From an uncultured Eubacteriales bacterium (lineage in GTDB: Bacteria; Bacillota; Clostridia; Christensenellales; CAG-917), in the NCBI GenBank assembly GCA_900548005.1, contig URIZ01000002.1, positions 13,488-77,487 on the forward strand: a DNA stretch of 64,000 bases, in the 5' to 3' direction. The notes under the pieces are model-generated. The model ran no database searches. It was not told the origin of the DNA and saw only the letters and a list, made by a program, of their open reading frames with translations. Position 1 is the first letter of the stretch. Each line of letters starts with the position of its first letter. Positions 34,888 through 42,722 of the stretch are shown in pieces. Position numbers and translations under genes: made by a program.

Positions 34888-35376
34888 TTATAAATTCTTT
34901 GCGACGAAGTATTTGTCCTGTTTTATTCTGTCGTGTATCGGGGCGATGTATTTGTCCGAGCCGTATTCTTTCTCAAACCAATCTTCCGTGTATCCGCACC
35001 GTCGCAGGTTGTTGGCAAAGTCTTCTTCGGCATTTGCTATCCGCCTAAACGCCGTGCGCAGTGCGATGTTGTGGCTGTCGGCGATCTCTTGAAAGGTCTT
35101 TTTGTTGACAATTCTTTCAACAAGAATCTCTTTGTCGGCGTCTATCATTTTGTCAAGAGCCTTCTTTACGATGAATCTTAGGTTGACGATTTTTCGTTTT
35201 TCTTCGGTCAAATCAAGGATTTCACCAATTAATTGCTCGGTGCTGACTCCGATTTTCAGGTGTCGGCTCTGAAAACTCGATTTTACGCGGTTTTCCACAC
35301 CCGTATTGAGCTCTTTTGCGATTTTTGGCAAAAGCGAATAAGCAACAAGTGCCGTGTTGCTCCAATTTTTGTTCAT
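34888..35376 (-). CDS. small sigma-70 region-4-like helix-turn-helix protein (function unknown)
   Basis: A 162-aa ORF with GGAGATAG RBS. The segment KKTFQEIADSHNIALRTAFRRIANAEEDF resembles a sigma region 4 / ArpU-like HTH. No region 2. Confidence 0.55.
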   Translation of the reverse strand: MNKNWSNTALVAYSLLPKIAKELNTGVENRVKSSFQSRHLKIGVSTEQLIGEILDLTEEKRKIVNLRFIVKKALDKMIDADKEILVERIVNKKTFQEIADSHNIALRTAFRRIANAEEDFANNLRRCGYTEDWFEKEYGSDKYIAPIHDRIKQDKYFVAKNL

Positions 35377-35493
35377 AACTATCTCCTATCATGTTGGAAT
35401 CGGGTGAAATTTGTCACCCCCATGCCTACACAATAATGTACTATGGCGCAAAAAGTCAAACTATTATGTCACACTTTTTCACTTTTTTCTCGA

Positions 35494-36516
35494 TTAAAGT
35501 GAAAAACCGATGATATACGCCAAAAGAGCGGAGATTATGCACTGCGTGATTTTGCGCAAGATCATCTCAAAAAATCCCACGCCCGCTTTTGATAGGAAAG
35601 TGTAGTTTTGAAGTGTGACGGACAGTCCGCCAAGCGACACTATGCCGCAAACAACGCTTGTTGCAAGTTGCAAATTGTCGATTTTCGCGCACGCGATGCC
35701 CCCGCGCGTCATTTCTATAAGCCCGTATGCCAACGCTTCCATCGTTTGCGCAAGAGTTGACGGTAGGGCGGCGAGCGCATTGTCGAAGCCGACAAGTGTG
35801 AGCGTGTCCACGAGCATGCCGCATATCACGATATATCCGCCCACGTAAAGCATATTGACGGTGGCTTTTGCAACCACTTTGGACAATATACCGTCAACGT
35901 TGTTAGCGGCAAGCGTGTGTACCGTTGGTTGTGCGTCGGCTTTCTTGCGATAGAGCAGTCCGTTTACAATCGCGCCGAGATAGTGTGAGCATAGCACGAT
36001 CCAGCCCACTCTCGTGTCGTGAAATATCGCGCCGCCAATCGTGCCGATCATAAATATCGGTCCTGAAGTGGAACAAAACGCGCACGCTTTCTTTGCGTCA
36101 CGAGAAGTTATGACTCCGCCTTCATACAGTTCGCTTATCGTGCTTGCGCCGACAGGGTAGCCGCACAGCATGCTCAAAAACAGAGCGTAGGCGCACTCTT
36201 TGGGAGCGTTGTACATAAGTTTTACAGGCTTTTCGCCGAGCTTGGATATTGCGCCCACCGCGCCCGAATAGGTGAGCAGCAGCGAGCAAAAGTAGAAGGG
36301 AAACAAGGACGGCAAAACGCTTGTGGCAAACAGCGCAAGTCCTTTTCTTGCCGAGTCAAGATAATATTCGGGTTTTGCAAGCATAAAAGCCATAAATGCA
36401 AGCGTAAACACGCAACTTACCATTTTGGGAGCGTGTCTTTTAAGCGTGTTTGCGGCGCGGCAAGCGAAATCGCCGCTCGGGTATACTTTGCTGGCGTGAC
36501 GTGTTGTTGTCTTCAC
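35494..36516 (-). CDS. ylbJ: sporulation integral membrane protein YlbJ-like (nucleoside-recognition/Gate domain)
   Basis: Multi-TM protein with SVLPSLFPFYF and repeated Gate-like halves. The neighbour is tmcAL (ylbM), as in Bacillus. The start is uncertain, with 36423 as an alternative. Confidence 0.65.
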   Translation of the reverse strand: MKTTTRHASKVYPSGDFACRAANTLKRHAPKMVSCVFTLAFMAFMLAKPEYYLDSARKGLALFATSVLPSLFPFYFCSLLLTYSGAVGAISKLGEKPVKLMYNAPKECAYALFLSMLCGYPVGASTISELYEGGVITSRDAKKACAFCSTSGPIFMIGTIGGAIFHDTRVGWIVLCSHYLGAIVNGLLYRKKADAQPTVHTLAANNVDGILSKVVAKATVNMLYVGGYIVICGMLVDTLTLVGFDNALAALPSTLAQTMEALAYGLIEMTRGGIACAKIDNLQLATSVVCGIVSLGGLSVTLQNYTFLSKAGVGFFEMILRKITQCIISALLAYIIGFSL

Positions 36517-36658
36517 GCTTTATAATACTTGCTTTTGAAAACAAATATGAGCGCACAATCTTGCGCGCTCACGTGTTTTTTTGTATCTTGAATTTGTTTT
36601 GTTTTGATTTTTGTCGTTTAGAATGTCGGTTTTTGCCGTTTAGAATGTCGGTTTTTGC

Positions 36659-37753
36659 TTAGAAACACAGGTTGAGAATCTTTGCCGCCTTTTCGTCAAG
36701 GTCGATAAGCGGTCGGACGGGGGACGATTTGTCGCAGTCGCTCGGCTTGAAGTAGAAATAGCCGTCGCTTTGGGCAAGCAATGCGAACATAGCCTTTTTC
36801 TTGGACGGTTTGCAAGCAAGCACGGTGCAGTAGGGCTTTTCTTGTTTTGCAAGCTCGATAAGCTCTTTTTTGAGCCCTATCGTTGCGCATGCGGCAATAC
36901 GCTTGATTGTGGAGCGAGTGTATCTCTTGCTTGTGAGCGTAAGATATTCGTCCATATTGGTGAACGGGGCTTGGCTTATGCGATTTTCCATGCCTTCGCT
37001 GATATTTGCGATGTCTTTAAGCTCGGACGCGGTCATGGCTTTCATTGCGTAGGTGGAGATCATGTTGTATTTGTCAACGCTCGTGACGGTTTTTAGATCC
37101 ACAAACGGCGGAATGAACGCAGATACGTCGGCATTTTGACGCATCAAATCGCGAATTTTTGTTGACGAGAGAAACTTTTTGCCGTCGTCGGGCTTGCGCT
37201 CAACGGAGTGATATTGCACTTTGCCGCCGTACGCCGCGCCTGCTTTCATATATTCGACCGCCAAAATGTTGTTGGGCGATTGCAGCATATTTGATATGTC
37301 GGGGCGGATTTTGTCAAGCGCGAGAGTGCGTGATTTTGCCACAGAATAGCCTTCCGACAAAAAGCCTTTGAGAAGATTGGACACGTCTTTTGACTCGCTT
37401 GCCATAAACTCGGCAGCCATGTTCAAGTCTTCGAGCTCGTCCGTTTCCGTGCCGAAAGAGAGCGTAAACTCGCCAAGCATTGACAGTGTTTTCAGCGCGC
37501 CTTCGGCAAAGCCTTTTGCGGTGGAGAGAGAGTAGACGGTGGGCAGTTCCAGCACCAAGTCCGCTCCTGCCTGCAAAGCCCAGTTTGCGCGAGCGTATTT
37601 GTCCAAGACGCACAAATCGCCGTGCTGAGTGAACGAGCCGCTCATCACAACCACAAGCACGTCCGCGCCCGTTTCGCGCTTTGCTTTTTTGAGTTGTTTG
37701 AGATGTCCGTTGTGAAACGGGTTATATTCTGCTATGACGGCGGTTATTTTCAA
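36659..37753 (-). CDS. tmcAL: tRNA(Met) cytidine acetate ligase (UPF0348/YlbM nucleotidyltransferase)
   Basis: N-terminal AVIAEYNPFHNGH motif and about 364 aa, characteristic of YlbM/TmcAL. Confidence 0.8.
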   Translation of the reverse strand: MKITAVIAEYNPFHNGHLKQLKKAKRETGADVLVVVMSGSFTQHGDLCVLDKYARANWALQAGADLVLELPTVYSLSTAKGFAEGALKTLSMLGEFTLSFGTETDELEDLNMAAEFMASESKDVSNLLKGFLSEGYSVAKSRTLALDKIRPDISNMLQSPNNILAVEYMKAGAAYGGKVQYHSVERKPDDGKKFLSSTKIRDLMRQNADVSAFIPPFVDLKTVTSVDKYNMISTYAMKAMTASELKDIANISEGMENRISQAPFTNMDEYLTLTSKRYTRSTIKRIAACATIGLKKELIELAKQEKPYCTVLACKPSKKKAMFALLAQSDGYFYFKPSDCDKSSPVRPLIDLDEKAAKILNLCF

Positions 37754-37820
37754 AATACTGCTCCATTTTGTTTGCTTTTTATTTTTTAAGTACTTATAAT
37801 TATAACTGAAAATAAAACAA

Positions 37821-37836
37821 TTGCAATCAATTGCAA
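37821..37836. promoter_or_regulatory. 16-bp palindrome TTGCAATCAATTGCAA just upstream of the pta RBS (candidate operator, loosely cre-like)
   Basis: Perfect 7-bp arms TTGCAAT/ATTGCAA with a 2-nt spacer, ending 18 nt before the pta ATG. Confidence 0.4.
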
Positions 37837-37853
37837 CGTATTAGGAGTTTTAT

Positions 37854-38855
37854 ATGACGCAATTTGTCGAAAACCTGATGAACAGAGCAAGCAAACTCAA
37901 CAAAACTATCGCTCTTGCCGAAGGCACTGACGTTCGTGCTGCAAAAGCGGCGGAAATTTTGACCAAGAAGGGCGTGTGCAAGGTCGTTCTCATCGGCAAC
38001 GAAGACGAGATCAAGGCAAAATTCCCCGAAATCGATTTCACGGGCGTGTCCTTTGACGATCCCAAGACCAGCGATCACAGAGCGGACTATGCAAACACTC
38101 TCTTTGAACTTCGCAAAGCAAAAGGCATGACCGAAGAACAAGCACTCAATATCGTCACCACCAACAATATGTTCTATGCGTGCGTAGCGTTGAAGCGCGG
38201 CGACGTGGACGGCGTTGTGGGCGGCGCGGTGTTCAGCTCTGCAGACGTTTCGAGAGCGGCATTCCAAGTCATCAAGGCAGCACCCGGCATCAGCTCGGTG
38301 TCAAGTTGCTTTGTCATGGTTCCGCCCGAAGATTTCAAATATAAGAAATATCCCGCATACATATTCTCCGATTGCGCGGTTATTCCGTATCCCACGAGCG
38401 ACCAACTCTCCGACATCGTGGTTGCGGCGGCAGACAGCGCAAAGAAAATTTGCGAAATGGAACCGAAAATCGCAATGCTTTCTTTCTCTACAAAAGGAAG
38501 TGCAAAACACGAGGCAATCGACAAAGTGCGCGCGGCATACGAAAAAGTCAAAGCCGAACATCCCGAAATCAAGGTGGACGGCGAGCTTCAACTCGACGCG
38601 TCATTGGTTGACAGCGTAGCGGCGCAAAAAGCACCGGGCAGTGAAGTTGCAGGTCAAGCAAACGTGCTTGTGTTCCCCAACCTTGACGCAGGCAACATCG
38701 GTTACAAGATTGCTCAACGTTTCGGCAACTGCATGGCAATAGGACCGATCATGCAAGGTCTTGCGCTCCCCGTCAACGATCTCAGCCGCGGTTGCGTGGC
38801 AGAAGACATCGCGGCGGTTGCGGCAATCACCGCATTGCAATCCGTCAAGGAATAA
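37854..38855 (+). CDS. pta: phosphate acetyltransferase
   Basis: Pta-length (333 aa) with typical IALAEG, DGVVGGA and SRGCS-like segments. Followed by ackA. Confidence 0.9.
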   Translation: MTQFVENLMNRASKLNKTIALAEGTDVRAAKAAEILTKKGVCKVVLIGNEDEIKAKFPEIDFTGVSFDDPKTSDHRADYANTLFELRKAKGMTEEQALNIVTTNNMFYACVALKRGDVDGVVGGAVFSSADVSRAAFQVIKAAPGISSVSSCFVMVPPEDFKYKKYPAYIFSDCAVIPYPTSDQLSDIVVAAADSAKKICEMEPKIAMLSFSTKGSAKHEAIDKVRAAYEKVKAEHPEIKVDGELQLDASLVDSVAAQKAPGSEVAGQANVLVFPNLDAGNIGYKIAQRFGNCMAIGPIMQGLALPVNDLSRGCVAEDIAAVAAITALQSVKE

Positions 38856-38866
38856 GGAGTGTGACC

Positions 38867-40060
38867 ATGAAAATTCTCGTTATCAACGCAGGCAGCTCGT
38901 CTTTGAAATATCAGCTTATCGACATGCAAAACGAAGAAGTGCTTTGCAAAGGCATTTGCGAGCGCATCACTTTTGCAGGCGGCGAACTTACGCAAAAAAC
39001 GGCTGACGGCAGAAAGCTCAACATCAAACAAGACATGAAAAATCACACCGACGCTATCGAGCTTGTGCTCAAAGCAATGGTGGACGAAAAATACGGCGCA
39101 ATCAAGTCTATATCCGAAATCGGCGCGGTGGGACACAGAGTGCTCCACAGCGGTGAAGACTTCAACTCGTCCGTTGTCATCGACGACGAAGTCATCCGCA
39201 TTTGCGAAAAGAATGCCGAACTCGGACCGCTCCACATGCCCGGCAACATCGCGTGCATAAAGAGCTGCAGAGAAGTTATGCCCGGCGTGCCTATGGTGGC
39301 GGTGTTTGACACCACTTTCCACAGCACGATGCCCGCAAAGGCGTATATGTACGGCATTCCCTATTCAGTATACGAGCAATACAAGGTGAGAAAGTACGGT
39401 TTCCACGGCACTTCTCACAAATTCGTGAGCGAAGAGACAATCAAACTTCTCGGCAAGAAAGAAAGCAAGATTATCGTCTGCCACCTCGGCAACGGCTCGT
39501 CTATCTCGGCGGTCAAGGACGGCAAATGCCTTGACACGTCAATGGGCTTCACTCCGCTCGAAGGTCTTGTGATGGGCACTCGCTCGGGCGACATCGATCC
39601 TGCGGCAAGCGAATATATCCGTGCAAAACTCAACATGACGCCCGAAGATCTCGTGCAATATCTCAACAAGAAATGCGGCATGATGGGCATAAGCGAGCTC
39701 AGCTCCGACATGCGCGATCTCGAGGCGGCAATCGATGAAGGCAACCAAAAGGCAAAACTTGCGGTGGAAGTTGCCGCATACCGCATCAAGAAATATATAG
39801 GATCGTACGCTGCGGTGCTCAACGGCGTTGACGCAATCGTGTTTACGGGCGGCATCGGCGAACATAGCGACCTTATGCGCGCGCTTGTGATGAGCGATAT
39901 GGAATATCTCGGCGTTGATTTCGATTTCGAGGCAAACAAGGGACGCGGCGACGGCATCAGAGAGATTTCAAAGCCTAACAGCAAAGTCAAAGTGCTTATC
40001 CTTCCCACCAACGAAGAATTGTCAATCGCAAGAGAGACGTTGCATTTGACTCAAAACTGA
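38867..40060 (+). CDS. ackA: acetate kinase
   Basis: MKILVINAGSSSLKYQL N-terminus, HRVLHSG, GFHGTSH. ATG 38867 is chosen over the overlapping longer ORF from 38792. Confidence 0.93.
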   Translation: MKILVINAGSSSLKYQLIDMQNEEVLCKGICERITFAGGELTQKTADGRKLNIKQDMKNHTDAIELVLKAMVDEKYGAIKSISEIGAVGHRVLHSGEDFNSSVVIDDEVIRICEKNAELGPLHMPGNIACIKSCREVMPGVPMVAVFDTTFHSTMPAKAYMYGIPYSVYEQYKVRKYGFHGTSHKFVSEETIKLLGKKESKIIVCHLGNGSSISAVKDGKCLDTSMGFTPLEGLVMGTRSGDIDPAASEYIRAKLNMTPEDLVQYLNKKCGMMGISELSSDMRDLEAAIDEGNQKAKLAVEVAAYRIKKYIGSYAAVLNGVDAIVFTGGIGEHSDLMRALVMSDMEYLGVDFDFEANKGRGDGIREISKPNSKVKVLILPTNEELSIARETLHLTQN

Positions 40061-40174
40061 GATAGCAAAAACCGAAATATAAGCAAAATGACGGACGGTT
40101 TGAACAAAAAAACTGTCAAATCGTCCGAAAATGCAAAAATTATGCATAATTATCGCCAACTTTTCAAAAAGCGT

Positions 40175-40203
40175 TTGACATATTTATGTATATTTTATAT
40201 AAT
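40175..40203 (+). promoter_or_regulatory. consensus sigma-A promoter for rpmF
   Basis: TTGACA, 17-nt spacer, TATAAT. Confidence 0.7.
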
Positions 40204-40250
40204 CAAAAAGCTGTGTAAAAGCAACAGTTGTACAAATTGGAGGTAAGAAG

Positions 40251-40436
40251 ATGGCAGTACCTAAAAATAAAGTTTCGAAATCAAAAACGAATTCCCGTTT
40301 TGCAAACTGGAAACTCAAAACTCCGGGCCTTGTTGAATGCCCGCAATGCCACGAACTTAAAAAGAGCCACCAAGTATGCCCGAAGTGCGGATACTATGAT
40401 GGTGAACAAGTCGTTCAAAAAAAGAGCGAGAAGTAA
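40251..40436 (+). CDS. rpmF: 50S ribosomal protein L32 (zinc-ribbon form)
   Basis: MAVPKNKVSKSKTNSR N-terminus. CPQC...CPKC zinc ribbon. Confidence 0.92.
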   Translation: MAVPKNKVSKSKTNSRFANWKLKTPGLVECPQCHELKKSHQVCPKCGYYDGEQVVQKKSEK

Positions 40437-40458
40437 TCTAGAATCGTTGCAAGTGATA

Positions 40459-40488
40459 GGCGGTATGCAAATGCATATCGCCTTTTTT
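40459..40488 (+). terminator. terminator after rpmF
   Basis: GGCGGTATGCA-AA-TGCATATCGCC followed by TTTTTT. Confidence 0.75.
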
Positions 40489-40489
40489 C

Positions 40490-40518
40490 TTGATATATTG
40501 ATTATTGTTTGATATAAT
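40490..40518 (+). promoter_or_regulatory. sigma-A-type promoter for plsX
   Basis: TTGATA, 17-nt spacer, TATAAT. Confidence 0.6.
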
Positions 40519-40565
40519 AATCAATAGAAATAAACATCGCGCGCTCGTGCGCGCTTGGGTGGTAT

Positions 40566-41591
40566 ATGAAAATTATCGTTGACGCAATGGGCGGCGACAA
40601 CGCTCCCGAGCAAATTGTCATCGGAGCTATTGACGCCGTCAAGGCGGACGAAGACTTGTCCGTCGTTTTGGTTGGCAAAAAGAACGATATAGACGCAGTC
40701 CTTGCAGAAACTGACGGCAATTTCGACAAAAACCGCGTGGAAATCGTGGACGCGCAAGACGTCATCACAAATGACGAATCTCCCACAATGGCGATAAAGA
40801 CAAAGAAGGAAAGCTCGCTTGTCAAATCGTTTGATTTGCTCATGAGCGATGAAAACGCTGGCGGTTTTGTGTCGGCAGGCTCAACGGGCGCAGTGCTTGT
40901 GGGCGCGTTTATGAAAGTGGGCAGAATAAAGGGCGTTTCTCGTCCTGCGCTTGCTCCCGTTCTTCCCACGCTCAAAGGCAACGGAGTGGTGCTTTGCGAT
41001 TGCGGCGCAAACGTTGATTGCAAGCCTATCAACCTTCAACATTTTGCGATTATGGCAAGCGCATACGCAGAGGCTATGCTCGGTGTGAAGAGAGCAAGGG
41101 TAGGTTTGCTCAACAACGGCGCAGAGGCGCACAAGGGCAACGAACTCACGCAAGAGACCTACAAATTGCTCTCAGAGACGGAAGGCATAAACTTTGTGGG
41201 CAATTGTGAGGCTCGTTACATTCTTTCGGGTGATTATGACGTGGTGGTTGCCGACGGTTTCAACGGCAACGTCGCTCTCAAATCGGCAGAAGGCACGGCA
41301 AAAACCATGCTTTCACTCATCAAAGAAGGCGTGTACGGCGGTGGATTGCGCTCCAAAATCGGCGCATTGCTGCTCAAACCCGTGTTCAAGAGCGTGCAAA
41401 AGAAGATGGACTACAACGCTCACGGCGGAGCATGTTTCCTTGGCGTGAACAAAGTGGTGGTGAAGTCGCACGGTTCGAGCAAGGCAAAGTCTATCACTGC
41501 AAGCATCTTGCAAGCCAAATCTTTGGCGGAACGCAACGTGCCAAAAACAATCAAATTGGGCATTGACGCACTTAAAGGCTCTGAAGAATAA
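40566..41591 (+). CDS. plsX: phosphate acyltransferase PlsX
   Basis: MKIIVDAMGGDNAP N-terminus and full-length PlsX-like sequence. Confidence 0.92.
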   Translation: MKIIVDAMGGDNAPEQIVIGAIDAVKADEDLSVVLVGKKNDIDAVLAETDGNFDKNRVEIVDAQDVITNDESPTMAIKTKKESSLVKSFDLLMSDENAGGFVSAGSTGAVLVGAFMKVGRIKGVSRPALAPVLPTLKGNGVVLCDCGANVDCKPINLQHFAIMASAYAEAMLGVKRARVGLLNNGAEAHKGNELTQETYKLLSETEGINFVGNCEARYILSGDYDVVVADGFNGNVALKSAEGTAKTMLSLIKEGVYGGGLRSKIGALLLKPVFKSVQKKMDYNAHGGACFLGVNKVVVKSHGSSKAKSITASILQAKSLAERNVPKTIKLGIDALKGSEE

Positions 41592-41594
41592 GCT

Positions 41595-42503
41595 ATGAAA
41601 AAAGAAACGATTGGCGTGCAAAAAGGCGGCGAAAGCAATCAAAAATCCGCAAGAAAGGACTTTGACAAGCCCGCAAAATCAAAGCGCGATAAAAAGCCGA
41701 ATTTCAAATCTCAACCGACAAAAAAGGTCGCATTAAGCGGTGCGGTGAAATATCCGCGTGAAAAGGCGCAAGACAAATCCGAGCGTTTAGATGCTCAAAA
41801 AAACGTGATCGAATGTGAAACTTTTGACAATGCGACCGTTGAGAGAATCCAGCAAATCGTCGGCTACAAATTCTTGGACAGACGCTTGCTTGAAAGAGCG
41901 TTCACTCACGGATCGAAAGATCAAAGCGCGACAAAGAACTATCAATCGCTCGAATTTTTGGGGGATAGCATCCTTGATTTTATCGTGGCAAAGCGACTTA
42001 TGGAGATCAATCCCGACGCACACGAAGGCGCGCTCACTCGATTGCGCGCGCAAATTGTGTCAAAAGAGCCGCTTGCAGAAGAAGTGGGCAAACTCGGTCT
42101 TGAAAAATATCTCATAGTCGGCAAGGGCGAAAACGCAAAGGCGATAAGCAACGGACAAAAGACGATGTCGGATATTTTTGAGGCGGTGATTGCCGCAATA
42201 TATCTTGACAGCAAGAGCATTGACGTTGCAGAGAGTTTTATCCTTTCAAAACTTGCCGATTTGTTCAACGGCAAGGGCAAACACGTGGGCGTTGACGACT
42301 ACAAGAGCAAACTCAACGAATTTGCATCTCGCAACGACGTTGCGGTTTCGTATGAAGAGCTTAGACGCACTGGACCTGCGCACAATCCGACTTTTGTTGT
42401 TGAAGTGAAGGTCAACACCTTTGTTGCGGGCGTCGGAGAAGGAAAAACGAAACGAGAAGCCGAGCAAATTGCCGCAAAACAAGCCCTTGAAAAGATAAAA
42501 TAG
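41595..42503 (+). CDS. rnc: ribonuclease III with ~75-aa lysine-rich N-terminal extension
   Basis: RNase III signature LEFLGDSILD and a C-terminal dsRBD (GPAHNPTFVVEV...GEGKTKREAEQIAAKQALE). The first ~75 aa are basic and low-complexity. Confidence 0.88.
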   Translation: MKKETIGVQKGGESNQKSARKDFDKPAKSKRDKKPNFKSQPTKKVALSGAVKYPREKAQDKSERLDAQKNVIECETFDNATVERIQQIVGYKFLDRRLLERAFTHGSKDQSATKNYQSLEFLGDSILDFIVAKRLMEINPDAHEGALTRLRAQIVSKEPLAEEVGKLGLEKYLIVGKGENAKAISNGQKTMSDIFEAVIAAIYLDSKSIDVAESFILSKLADLFNGKGKHVGVDDYKSKLNEFASRNDVAVSYEELRRTGPAHNPTFVVEVKVNTFVAGVGEGKTKREAEQIAAKQALEKIK

Positions 42504-42536
42504 TCATTTTTGCAAAAAATCATATTAGTGCGTAAA

Positions 42537-42649
42537 ATGTTTCACAAAACCGCGATTTCAAATTATCGCGGTTTTTCTGTATTCTAAACCTATATTTTTC
42601 AATCTATTAGCGAATGTTTCACGGCGCGTGTGAAACAAGTGTGAAACAT
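42537..42649. promoter_or_regulatory. four copies of ATGTTTCAC / GTGAAACAT in the rnc-smc spacer (candidate operator)
   Basis: ATGTTTCAC at 42537 and 42614. GTGAAACA at 42629. GTGAAACAT at 42641. The segment 42615-42636 is a perfect 8-bp inverted repeat with a 6-nt spacer. Confidence 0.4.
42546..42576 (+). terminator. terminator after rnc
   Basis: AAAACCGCGAT-TTCAAATT-ATCGCGGTTTTT. Confidence 0.8.
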
Positions 42650-42722
42650 CTTAAAAACCGCTTGAAAAATGCCGCTTGTTATGTTAAAATTATTTAGATT
42701 TATTATAAGGCGGTGTAGCATA

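Noticed and set aside
40228-40512. 94-aa ORF overlapping rpmF in another frame
   Set aside because: The canonical L32 sequence is in the 40251 frame. The alternative frame has no support.
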